Assembly (NCBI GenBank): GCA_046075565.1
Contig: JBJTQJ010000030.1
Location: forward strand, 32,001-96,000
DNA from: Verrucomicrobiales bacterium
GTDB taxonomy: Bacteria; Verrucomicrobiota; Verrucomicrobiia; Verrucomicrobiales; SLCJ01
Direction: 5' to 3'
DNA length: 64,000 bases
How positions within the stretch are numbered: position 1 is the first letter of the stretch; each line of letters starts with the position of its first letter. The position numbers and the translations under genes are program-made. Below are positions 49,779-59,169 of the stretch, in pieces. The notes below the pieces were generated by a model. It worked only from the letters and a program-made list of their open reading frames with translations, had not been told where the DNA came from and did not search any database.

Positions 49779-51857
49779 ATGAAGGACTATCACGCACCGG
49801 ACATCCGGAACTTCGCCGTGGTCGGCCATGCCACCTCGGGCAAGACCATGTTGTGCGAGGCCATGCTCGCCTGTTGAGGCCAAATCGGCCGCCTCGGGAG
49901 AATCGATCAAGGCGCCACTACCTCGGACTTCCATCCCGATGAAAAAGACCACCAGATTTCCATCCACGCGACCCTGATGCGGGCGGAGTGGTTGGAAAGG
50001 AAATTCAATATCATCGATTGTCCGGGTTACGCCGATTTCATCGCCGAGCCGCTCAGCGCCCTGCGCGTCGCCGATTTCGCCGTCGTCGTCGCCAACGGCA
50101 CTCACGGGGTGGAAGTAGGCACGGATCGGATGTGGGATACCGCCACTCTCTATGGCATCCCGAAATTCCTCGTCGTCAACATGCTGGACAAGGAACACAC
50201 GCGCTTCGACCAGATCCTCGGGGAAGCGAGGGAACACTTCGGCAGCCGCGTGTTTCCGATGACCTTGCCCATCAATGCCGGCCCAGGATTCCGCCGCGTG
50301 CTCGATGTCATGCGTAGCGAGGTAATCACTTTCGCCGATGATGCTTCCGGAAAATACACCGAGGCCCCGGCGGAAGGGGAGCTGCTGGAAAAAGTGCGCG
50401 AACTTCACCGTCAGCTCATCGAATATGTGGCAGAATCGGACGACGGACTTCTCGACAAGTATTTCGAGACCAACTCGCTCACCGAAGAGGAATTGCGCGC
50501 CCACGTGCACGAGGCCGTGCAGAAGAATATCTTCGTGCCGCTTTTCTGTGTATCCGCTCTTCAGAATATCGGGGTAGCACGGCTCATGGACTTCATCGCG
50601 AAGTATGGTTCGTCGCCGGAGGATCGTTCCACCGTCGAGGCGCACGACGCGAGCGGCGAACTCGTGCCCGTGCACTTGGAAGACAAGGAAACGGTGGCTT
50701 TCGTGTTGAAGACGATGAACGAAGCGCACATGGGCAACCTCTCTTTCTTCCGCGTTTACAGCGGCGACGTGAGTGTCGGCGCGGAACTGGCCAATGTCGG
50801 TCACGGTTCCACGGAAAGCATCGGCCAATTGTTCTCCGTCAATGGTTCGCAACGCGAATCGGTGAAAGTGTTGCACGCCGGCGACATCGGCGCGGCCGTG
50901 AAATTGAAGAACACCCACACCGGCGACAATCTTTGCTCGCCCTCGCGTCCGCTCGAATTGCCAGTGGTTGATTTCCCGCCACCCAATACCCACGGTGCCC
51001 TCGAAGCCGGTTCCAAGGCCGACCTGAACAAACTCGGCGAAGGCCTCTCTGTCCTGCACGAGGAAGATCCAACCTTCGTCTGGCGTTTCGATCCGGAACT
51101 CGGCCAAACCATCATCTCCGGACAAGGCGAGAGCCAATTGCAAATCGCCTCCGAGGAGTTGAAGCGCCGCTTCAACGTCGAGGTCACCACCGTGGAACCG
51201 AAGGTGCCTTTCCGCGAGACCATCAAAGGCCGCGCCGAATCGCGCTACCGTCACAAGAAACAAACGGGCGGAGCCGGCCAATTCGCCGAAGTCTGGATGC
51301 GCATCGAACCGCTGTCCCGCGAAACCGGCAACCAGTTCGGGCACTCCCTTGTCGGAAACAACGTCGATCGGGTATTTGTCACTTCGGTTGAAAAAGGTGT
51401 TTCGGCTGCTTGCACCGAAGGTCCATTCGCCGGATGTCCGGTTGTGGATGTGAAAGCCGACTTCTTCGACGGCAAACAACACCCCGTGGATTCGAAGGAC
51501 ATCGCCTTCCAAATCGCCGGCAAAGCCGCTTTCACCGAATGTTTCCTGAATGCGAAACCATGTTTGCTAGAGCCAATCCTCGAACTTCGCGTCACGGTGC
51601 CCGATGACGCCGTCGGGGATGTGATGACCGATGTGTCATCCCGTCGGGGACGGGTGCTTGGTGTCGAATCGGAGGGACACTTCGAGGTCATCGTCGCGCA
51701 GGTCCCGCAGGCCGAATTCTATCGTTATGCCAGCCAGCTCCGCGCTCTCACGGCCGGACGCGGCTCGCACCGGGAGAGATTCAGCCATTACGAGGAGATG
51801 CCGCCGGAACTCCAGACCAAGGTGGTTGCCGCCCGCAAGGCAGCCAGCCACGCTTGA
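49779..51857 (+). pseudogene. Elongation factor G paralogue (EF-G2-like) with in-frame TGA at 49875-49877
   Basis: IRNFAVVGHATSGKT, then LAC*GQIGRLG, DCPGYADF, NMLD, EEDPT, KKQTGGAGQF, LLEPI, all one frame. Confidence 0.9.
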
Positions 51858-51866
51858 GTCACGAGC

Positions 51867-52754
51867 TCACCAGATACCGCCCAGCATACGTTTGAACCAG
51901 CCCTTCTTTTTCTCGGGGGCTGGTTCGGTCGCGGGTGTCGGGGCGGCGGCTGGCGCTGCTGCCGGTTGTTTCTTTTTATCCGCTTTGGGTGCCGGAGCCG
52001 GAGCCACGGGTGCGGTGGCCGCCGCCGGTTCAGCCGCAGCCGTGGAATCGATCATGCGGATTCTCTCAACCTTGACCATCTTGAGCGGGGCATCGTTATC
52101 GTCGGTCGAGGTCTTGGATATTGCATCCGCGAATTCGATGCCGGAAACGACGCGTCCGAAAACAGTGTAGCCGCCATCAAGTTCGGGCAGGCTCTTCAAG
52201 CAGATGTAGAATTGGGATCCATTGGATTGTTTTGTCGGATTCAAGCGATCGCCGAGACGGGCCATGCCGACACTTCCGCGGCGGTGGGGAAGTTTGATTT
52301 CCGCGGGCACGGTGTGGCCAGGCCCACCAAGACCCCAGACGGCGCGGGCGTTCTCGTGTTTGGAACGGGGATCGCCGGTTTGGATGAGATGGTTCGGCAC
52401 GGCGCGATGGACGCCGAGGTCGTTGTAATAACCTTTCTTGGCGAGCTTGCGGAAGTTTTCAGCGTGTTGGGGAGCCGCCGCATCATCCAGTTCGATAAGG
52501 ATGATGCCGACACGTCCATCGAGGTTGACCGAAACCTCTGCGATGGTCGGATCCGCTTTCAACTTGCCAGTCATCAGACGACCCGTCTTTTTCCCAACGT
52601 TAGCGGTGGCATTCACCACGGCTCCTCCGGCACCGGCCATGGCATCCCACGCGGCACCCGTGCCTTTGGCGACGGAGTTGTATCCGCTCTTGAGCATGGA
52701 GCAGGAAGTGAGCGAAAGACCGGCGATGGCGACGGCGAGAACGACTGGTTTCAT
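51867..52754 (-). CDS. Cyclophilin-type peptidyl-prolyl isomerase, lipoprotein
   Basis: Lipobox LTSC; HRAVPNHLIQTGDP, GMAR, NGSQFYI, LDGGYTVFG. Confidence 0.92.
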   Translation of the reverse strand: MKPVVLAVAIAGLSLTSCSMLKSGYNSVAKGTGAAWDAMAGAGGAVVNATANVGKKTGRLMTGKLKADPTIAEVSVNLDGRVGIILIELDDAAAPQHAENFRKLAKKGYYNDLGVHRAVPNHLIQTGDPRSKHENARAVWGLGGPGHTVPAEIKLPHRRGSVGMARLGDRLNPTKQSNGSQFYICLKSLPELDGGYTVFGRVVSGIEFADAISKTSTDDNDAPLKMVKVERIRMIDSTAAAEPAAATAPVAPAPAPKADKKKQPAAAPAAAPTPATEPAPEKKKGWFKRMLGGIW

Positions 52755-53647
52755 GGCGTGATAGGGGGTGTGATAGCGGCGGGCTGCACGATCCCGGGAA
52801 TGGAAACCCCAGATCGGTCGTTTGGCAAGGCGTGGATTCGAGTTCCTGCTTCCTGGTGGGGGCGGCGCAGATAGGCCAGTCCGTGGCGTCCATCGCTGGT
52901 GACGCTGGTCAGGCGTCCGATGGGGCGGGCCGGAGCGGCGGAGTCCGTGTCGGCGGGAAAAAGCTCCCATCCCGGGGTGAGCGGCCCGGCGGCGGACTCC
53001 ACCAGGCATAGTCGGCGGGTGACCTGGCCGACACTTTTCAGCCGGGAAATGACTTCCTGTCCGATGTAGCAGCCTTTGTGGTAGTCGATATGGGTGCTCT
53101 CCAGGCCCGCCTCCGGGGGCAGAGTGTCGGCGTCGAGTTCGCATCCCCAAACGGGAATGCCGCAGCGGATCCGGGTGTCATTCCAAGCGACCGCGTCGGG
53201 TTCGCTGGCTCCGCTGGACTTGAGCGCATCGAGCAGGGCCGGGGCATTTTCGCGTTTGAGGATAATTTCCCATCCGGGAATGCCATGATCGCTCGAGGTG
53301 ACCCAGTAGCCCGGGTTGATCGGCGGCGGCGAGTTTGTGAAAATCTGCGCAGTGTTCTCGGTTTCGTCCTCGATGATGCAATCATCCGCGATCAGGTATT
53401 TCTCCAGCCGGAGGGCGAGAAAATCGCGTAGCGCCACGGGGGCGTCGACCCAGAAAGCCTGGCCGTCCGTAGAAAGGCGCACGACCGCTTCCAGTCTTCC
53501 TTTGGCATTGGTCACACACGAAGGAAGCGAGCGGGTGGGGGAAACATGGCGGAGATCCTGTGATATTTGCCCGTTGAGATAACGGAGGGCATCGGGTCCG
53601 GAACAACGGAACCGGCAACGGCTGTGGGTGTGGTCGCGGAAAATCAT
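52751..53647 (-). CDS. ygfZ: YgfZ/GcvT-like folate-binding protein
   Basis: GPDALRYLNGQ, KGCYIGQE signature. Confidence 0.9.
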   Translation of the reverse strand: MIFRDHTHSRCRFRCSGPDALRYLNGQISQDLRHVSPTRSLPSCVTNAKGRLEAVVRLSTDGQAFWVDAPVALRDFLALRLEKYLIADDCIIEDETENTAQIFTNSPPPINPGYWVTSSDHGIPGWEIILKRENAPALLDALKSSGASEPDAVAWNDTRIRCGIPVWGCELDADTLPPEAGLESTHIDYHKGCYIGQEVISRLKSVGQVTRRLCLVESAAGPLTPGWELFPADTDSAAPARPIGRLTSVTSDGRHGLAYLRRPHQEAGTRIHALPNDRSGVSIPGIVQPAAITPPITP

Positions 53648-53651
53648 TGGC

Positions 53652-54515
53652 TCAGCCGATACGATTGTCCCACTGGCGGCCGAGGATGGAAAAATCACTA
53701 TCGGCATTTTGCTCCGAAACGGCGGCCATGGATTCCATGCACTCGGTGGTGGCCGCATGGGCCGGCAAGGCAAGGCCGCTGGCGCGGGCGATGTCGGCGG
53801 CGAGGCGCGCGTCCTTGAGCATGTTCTTCAAGCTGAAGTGCGGGGTGAAATCGCCCGCGAGCATGCCGGGGAGTTTCAAATCGGAAGTGCCGCTGCGGGA
53901 AGCATTGTCAGTCATGGCTTCGGCAAAGAGGGCGGGGGAGACCCCGGCCGCGCTGGTAAGAGCGGCAGCTTCGGCGAGGATTTCCACGGTCGAGGCGGTG
54001 ACCATATTGGTGGCGATTTTCAACACCGTGGCATGCCCAACCGCACCGAAATGACGGATCGCGCGAGCTGACAACTCAAGGACCGGGCGGGCGATCGCGA
54101 GTGGGGTTTCGTCGCCACCGATGTAATAAACAAGCTTCGCATTCTCCGCCGCGAGACGGGAACCGGTGAAGGGCGCATCGAGAAAGGCCGCGCCGGTGGC
54201 CACCACCCGTTTCGCCCACCCGACCATGGCTCCGGGCGAAACCGTCGCGTGCACGGCGACAATGCTGCCCGGTCCAATGACGGGCAAAATCGATGCGAGC
54301 ACGGCTTCGACAGCGGTCTCATCGCGGGTGAAGATCTGGTGCAGGAGTGAGCGTCCTGCGGCCACCGAGGCATCGGGGAAAAATCCAGGGGCATCGGGCT
54401 TGGGCGTGCGGTTCCAAGTGGCGAGCGGCACTCCCGCCGCTTGCAGGTGGGCGGCCACGCGGCTGCCGATGATCCCGAGTCCGTAAACAGCGGTTGGAAG
54501 AAAGCTGGTATTCAT
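53652..54515 (-). CDS. Beta-hydroxyacid dehydrogenase (3-hydroxyisobutyrate dehydrogenase family)
   Basis: GLGIIG, WNRT, FLDAPFTGS, KIATN, FSLKNMLKD. Confidence 0.9.
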   Translation of the reverse strand: MNTSFLPTAVYGLGIIGSRVAAHLQAAGVPLATWNRTPKPDAPGFFPDASVAAGRSLLHQIFTRDETAVEAVLASILPVIGPGSIVAVHATVSPGAMVGWAKRVVATGAAFLDAPFTGSRLAAENAKLVYYIGGDETPLAIARPVLELSARAIRHFGAVGHATVLKIATNMVTASTVEILAEAAALTSAAGVSPALFAEAMTDNASRSGTSDLKLPGMLAGDFTPHFSLKNMLKDARLAADIARASGLALPAHAATTECMESMAAVSEQNADSDFSILGRQWDNRIG

Positions 54516-54534
54516 GATTGTCGAAAAAAGAATT

Positions 54535-55635
54535 TCACCATCCGAGGGTTGGCGGCGCGGTGCGCAGAAGATCGTAGCTGATGGTGGTTTTGCCCTCCCA
54601 GAGGATGGAGGCGAGGATCTGGTCGAGTCCTTCGCGCCGCTTGCGGGTAATCAGATGCGCGCTGGCATCCGGACGAGCATCTTCGAGCGTGAGCGGGCGT
54701 GCTTCGCGTTTTTCGTCCACAAGGAAGATGTGCCATCCGAGCCGGCTGCGCATCGGTTCGAGCACCTTGCCCGTGGGGGCGGCCATGAGATCTCCGGCAA
54801 CAAGGCCATCCGGCCAACGATCCTGAACCGGAGCAACCCAACCAAGATTGCCATTCTTTCTTTTCGTCGCTTCATCCTCGCTGTTCTCAGCGACGGCGGC
54901 TTCGAAGGTCGTTTCCCCGCTGGCGATGCGGCGGTGCAACTCGCGGATCTCCGCTTCCAACTCGGAGGGGTCGCGGTGAAGCGATGGTTTGAACAGATGG
55001 CGTAAACTTAGGGTGCTTGGCAGAATCGGTCGGGATTCAAGGCCATCAAACCATGCCTTCAATTCTTCCTCGCTCACCTTGTCGAGATGGGAAACTTCGA
55101 ATTGTTTCATTAGCCAATTCAACCGGCCGACAAAGGATCGCATGCGGGTCCGGTATTCGGCGCGGGTAAGTCCGGCGGCGGCGAGTTCGGCGGCGAAATC
55201 TTCCGGTCCACCGGCGCGGGTTTCCTGTTCGGCGACAAGGCGATCCGTTTCGGCTTCATCATAGAGTGCGGGATTCGGAACGAGCTTCGCATCGATGGCC
55301 TTTTCCGCGAGGATTTCCATGAGCGCGATGACGCGGAGTTCGCCGAAGACTCCGGTGTTGATTTGTGAAGGATCGATGGGTTTGCCCGAACGATAGGAAC
55401 GCAGGACCACACGTTGATCCACTTCCCTCATGGTGACCGGAGAACCGAAAACCACCGCGGCCGGGCGCTCGGCCAACGTGAGTTCCGGTCCTTTCCATCC
55501 GGCGCGGGTGCTGGTTCTGTCGAGCAAATGCCAGAGAGGTCCTTTGAAGGCGATTAGATCCAGAGGCAAATAGAGCATGAGCAATCCGTAGGCGATCGCC
55601 CGCACGAGCAACGAATTCGGGATCGAAGGTTTCAT
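54535..55635 (-). CDS. Parvulin-type PPIase/foldase (SurA/PrsA-like)
   Basis: N-terminal TM; LRHLF, FEAAVAENSED, GNLGW, SRLGWHI. Confidence 0.85.
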   Translation of the reverse strand: MKPSIPNSLLVRAIAYGLLMLYLPLDLIAFKGPLWHLLDRTSTRAGWKGPELTLAERPAAVVFGSPVTMREVDQRVVLRSYRSGKPIDPSQINTGVFGELRVIALMEILAEKAIDAKLVPNPALYDEAETDRLVAEQETRAGGPEDFAAELAAAGLTRAEYRTRMRSFVGRLNWLMKQFEVSHLDKVSEEELKAWFDGLESRPILPSTLSLRHLFKPSLHRDPSELEAEIRELHRRIASGETTFEAAVAENSEDEATKRKNGNLGWVAPVQDRWPDGLVAGDLMAAPTGKVLEPMRSRLGWHIFLVDEKREARPLTLEDARPDASAHLITRKRREGLDQILASILWEGKTTISYDLLRTAPPTLGW

Positions 55636-55688
55636 GGTTGGGTTCGGGACGTGGCGGGGGATGGGCGAGTCCGCGCGCTGCGAATCGT

Positions 55689-56597
55689 TCAGATCGCTTC
55701 CGAATCCTTGAGCCCGAGATGGGCGTAAATCTGGCGCGTGGCGTCAGATTTGTTGAGAGTGTAGAAGTGGATGCCTTCCACTCCTCCGGAAAGAAGATCG
55801 GCGCATTGCGCGGTGGCATAATGAATGCCGACACGCGTGACGGCATCCGCATCGTCGCCGGCTCGTGCGATGGCTTTGATCAATTTCGCCGGGAAACGCG
55901 CCCCACCAGCCAGTTCGGCCATTCGTTCCATCCCGGCCTTGCTGGCAATCGGCATGATGCCCGCGATGATTGGCACATTGATGCCGGCAAGTCGGCACCG
56001 ATCACGGAAATCATAGAAGTCGTGGTTGTCGAAAAACAACTGCGTGCAGATGTAGTCCGCACCCGCATCCACTTTCGCCTTCAGATAATCCATTTCCTTG
56101 ATCCGGTTCGGAGTGGCGGGATGGCCTTCGGGAAAACCGGCCACACCGATGCCGAAGCCGCCACTCGGATGGCTATTGCGGGCATTGAATGACTGGATGA
56201 AACGCACCAGATCGGCCGCGCGAGGGAAGGCGTCTTTTTCGCGGACGTAGTTTTCCACGTTGCGGGGTGGGTCGCCGCCGAGCGCGAGGATGTTGCCGAC
56301 ATTCGCGACGGCGTATCGTTCGAGAAGTTCGGTGATTTCCTTCTCATTGTGGCAAACACAGGTCAGATGCGGGACCGGATCCAAGGTCGTTTCGCGTTTG
56401 ATCCGCAACACGAGATCGTGGGTCAAGTCCCGGGTCGTGCCACCCGCCCCATAGGTCACACTGACAAACGATGGTTTGTAGGGCTCAAGCTCCCGGATGG
56501 TGGCGAAGAGTTGTTCCGCCCCTTCCGGAGTCCGTGGCGGGAAAAATTCAAAGGAAAGGGATGGCCGCCGGCGGGCGAGAATATCGCGAATGTGCAT
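55689..56597 (-). CDS. metF: 5,10-methylenetetrahydrofolate reductase
   Basis: SFEFFPP, SVTYGAGG, HLTC, FPEGH, TQLFF, HFYTLN. Confidence 0.96.
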   Translation of the reverse strand: MHIRDILARRRPSLSFEFFPPRTPEGAEQLFATIRELEPYKPSFVSVTYGAGGTTRDLTHDLVLRIKRETTLDPVPHLTCVCHNEKEITELLERYAVANVGNILALGGDPPRNVENYVREKDAFPRAADLVRFIQSFNARNSHPSGGFGIGVAGFPEGHPATPNRIKEMDYLKAKVDAGADYICTQLFFDNHDFYDFRDRCRLAGINVPIIAGIMPIASKAGMERMAELAGGARFPAKLIKAIARAGDDADAVTRVGIHYATAQCADLLSGGVEGIHFYTLNKSDATRQIYAHLGLKDSEAI

Positions 56598-56657
56598 GGC
56601 ACCGGAAAACTAACCGAATCAGGGCTATCCCGCAAGTCGCCCGGCTGCGATCGCCTC

Positions 56658-56685
56658 GCTGGGATCGCCGACGTCCTCGTCGGCA
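56658..56685. repeat. REP-type palindrome, copy 2
   Basis: Identical 28-mer to 42680-42707. Confidence 0.85.
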
Positions 56686-56704
56686 CTTTGGCTGTAGCAA
56701 ACCC

Positions 56705-57517
56705 TCAGGACTCCCCACCGGCAGGTGGCGCTGGCGGAGCCTCCGGAGCCGCCGGGGCAGGGGGCTCGACAGCCGGTGGGGCAACCGGTGCCGGGGCGGG
56801 TTCGGGATTCGGCGCTGGCGAGGGGTTTGTGCTGTCAGGCGGTGTCTCGCCAGGACCAGTGCCCTCTGTCGGGGCGGGCTTGGGCGGTGGAGGCGGTGCG
56901 GGTTTCCACTTCGGCCCGCTACCTTCGATTTTCACCGGTGTTCCAATCACCGCGTGGCGGAAAAGAATCGGGGCAAAGCCGGAGGGCAGACGGATGCAGC
57001 CGTGCGAGGCGCGGTTTCCCGGGCGGGGAATCGGACCGCTATGCATGCCGATGCCATCACCGGTGAGCCTCATCCAATACCGCATGCTTGCGCCCTCGAA
57101 TCGCCCGCCTGAAGGGACACCATCGCGTCCATTGCGGGCATCCCGCACGACCACGCGGCCCTTTGAATTGTAGATTTTTCCCCACAGGTTGGAATGTTTG
57201 TCGGCGGTTTTCTCCTGAATCCGGAAACTTCCCACAGGGGTGGGATGGCTGTGGAGACCCGTGGCGACGTAAGTCCATCCAACATCCTTTCCTCCTTTGG
57301 TCAGGTAGGCCTTCTGATGGTTGGTGTTAATGCGCACGGCCAAGGGGCCCGACACTCCATCGCCATTCCATTCATAGAGGATGACGGGCTTTTTATCGGG
57401 AGCTGGCGGCGGTGCTGGTGGAGGAGGGGGCTCCACCGTTCGGCAAGATACGAAAGCGAGGCTGCCCAGAAAGATGAACGGCAACAAGGGGATTCCGGGT
57501 TTCGAATGGCGAGGCAT
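56705..57517 (-). CDS. L,D-transpeptidase family lipoprotein
   Basis: Lipobox FVSC; ATG..HPTPVGSF, GIGMHSG, ASHGCIRL; Pro-rich tails. Confidence 0.92.
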   Translation of the reverse strand: MPRHSKPGIPLLPFIFLGSLAFVSCRTVEPPPPPAPPPAPDKKPVILYEWNGDGVSGPLAVRINTNHQKAYLTKGGKDVGWTYVATGLHSHPTPVGSFRIQEKTADKHSNLWGKIYNSKGRVVVRDARNGRDGVPSGGRFEGASMRYWMRLTGDGIGMHSGPIPRPGNRASHGCIRLPSGFAPILFRHAVIGTPVKIEGSGPKWKPAPPPPPKPAPTEGTGPGETPPDSTNPSPAPNPEPAPAPVAPPAVEPPAPAAPEAPPAPPAGGES

Positions 57518-57609
57518 TAGGTCGTTTGTTAGTATACGGCGACCGGAACAATAGCGGATGCCGCGGATTCAGCAAGCATCCGCCAGCGCAAAACAAGCGT
57601 TCTCAATAT

Positions 57610-58038
57610 ATGCCGCGTATTTTCCTATCTATTCTACTAGTCCTGCTCACGCAGCTTCCCTCGCGTGCCCAATCGGAGACCACTCTGGTCATCAAAGGCG
57701 TGCCCGCCGATGTCGGGCTTTTGCTGATCGCCATCTGTTCGGAGGAGGCCAATTGGCTCACCAAAACCCCGACGATTGGAATGGACGTGCCGGTAAAGAG
57801 AAATGAAGCCGGAGACTGTGTGGTCCGAATCAATAAGGCGCTGCCCGAAAAAGTAGCCGTGGCCGTGATTCATGATGCCAATGGCAATCGCGACATGGAT
57901 CGCAATCTCATCGGAATTCCCCAGGAAGCCTACGGATTCAGCCGGGGAGTTCGCCCCCGCTTCGGCCCTCCGAAATTTGCCGACGCCCTCACCGCCTCGG
58001 GTGGAAATATTGAAATTTCCGTGGATACGCTCCTCTGA
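57610..58038 (+). CDS. DUF2141 family secreted protein
   Basis: AVAVIHDANGNRDMDRNLIGIPQEAYGFS...FGPPKF. Confidence 0.88.
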   Translation: MPRIFLSILLVLLTQLPSRAQSETTLVIKGVPADVGLLLIAICSEEANWLTKTPTIGMDVPVKRNEAGDCVVRINKALPEKVAVAVIHDANGNRDMDRNLIGIPQEAYGFSRGVRPRFGPPKFADALTASGGNIEISVDTLL

Positions 58039-58149
58039 AAATCCGAATTCGCGAAAAATCCGACATATTCGGATGCTGACTGTCGCTACAAGCTTGGCAA
58101 ACGCCCTCCGGGAAAGTAGTCTTGCCACCAACGAGTCACATCGGTCCCC

Positions 58150-59154
58150 ATGTCCGACTTTTCCCGCGATACACCGAGCTGGACGCGCCGTCTCTTCCTG
58201 ACGGCAGCGTTGGCGCTTGCCTGCCCGCGGATCACCCGGGCCGATTGGACCTTGGTGAAGGTGGATGGCCGTGACTATGTGCCCGGTAGCGACCTGAAAA
58301 AGTTCTATGCTTTCAAGGATTACTCCATCAAGGGGAATTCGGTCGTGCTCTCCTTGGACGGCTTCATCCTTCGCGGAGCCATCGGTTCGAAAGAAATCAC
58401 CATCCGCGGGATCAAATTCGTGATGAGTTTTCCTCTGGTGAAACACGGCAACGAGGCTCTGTTCTCGCGCACCGATTTGGTGAAATTGCTCGACCCGGTT
58501 CTCCGGCCCGACTACATCAAAGGTGCACCCGATTTTGATACGGTGGTCATCGATCCCGGTCATGGTGGTCATGACTCGGGAGCAAGGGGGTTGTTCGGCG
58601 TGGAAAAGGATTTCGCCCTGAAAACCGCGCTGCTCGTCGGGGCGATTCTGAAGTCGCGTGGGTATAAAATTGTTTTCACCCGCTCAAATGACACCTTCGT
58701 GACCTTGCAGGGCCGGGCCGCCATCGCCAATCGTTATCCGAAGGGGATTTTCGTGAGTATCCACTTCAATCAAAGTGACGGTCGGGAAGCCCGGGGCATC
58801 GAAACTTTCGCACTTTCCCCGGCGGGCACGAGTTCCACCATCCAGCGGTGGGCGGAACCGAACCTTGCCAAACGGCGCGGCAACCTGCGCGATGCCGAAA
58901 ACATCGCTCTGGCCACCGCCGTGCACAATGGTGTCCTGCGCCGTGTCAAGGCCACCAAACCGGAGGATCGCGGCATCAAACGCGCCCGCTTTTCCGTCAT
59001 CTCCGGCGTGGCCATCCCCGGATTGCTCTTCGAAGGCGGATTTGTCAGCAATGCCATCGAAGGCAAATATGTCGCCCATCCGACCTACCAGAAAATGCTG
59101 GCGGAAGGAATCGTCGTTGGTATCGAGAATTACCGACGGGCCATCAAAAAGTGA
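58150..59154 (+). CDS. N-acetylmuramoyl-L-alanine amidase (Amidase_3) with Tat-like signal
   Basis: TRRLFL; IDPGHGGHD, EK, SIHFN, FEGGF. Confidence 0.92.
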   Translation: MSDFSRDTPSWTRRLFLTAALALACPRITRADWTLVKVDGRDYVPGSDLKKFYAFKDYSIKGNSVVLSLDGFILRGAIGSKEITIRGIKFVMSFPLVKHGNEALFSRTDLVKLLDPVLRPDYIKGAPDFDTVVIDPGHGGHDSGARGLFGVEKDFALKTALLVGAILKSRGYKIVFTRSNDTFVTLQGRAAIANRYPKGIFVSIHFNQSDGREARGIETFALSPAGTSSTIQRWAEPNLAKRRGNLRDAENIALATAVHNGVLRRVKATKPEDRGIKRARFSVISGVAIPGLLFEGGFVSNAIEGKYVAHPTYQKMLAEGIVVGIENYRRAIKK

Positions 59155-59169
59155 CCCCGCTTTCCGGAA

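Noticed and set aside
9933..49877. Genome-wide TGA reassignment or selenocysteine at the two internal TGAs
   Set aside because: Many intact genes here end in TGA at the expected C-terminus (lipB, recJ, recG, metF, smpB, uvrB); neither site is a known catalytic Cys position and no convincing SECIS follows the yceH stop
56598..56704. SAM or SAH riboswitch upstream of metF
   Set aside because: The hairpin is the REP copy; no recognisable aptamer consensus, and a promoter-like TTGCGG-17-TAGTTT lies right before the ATG
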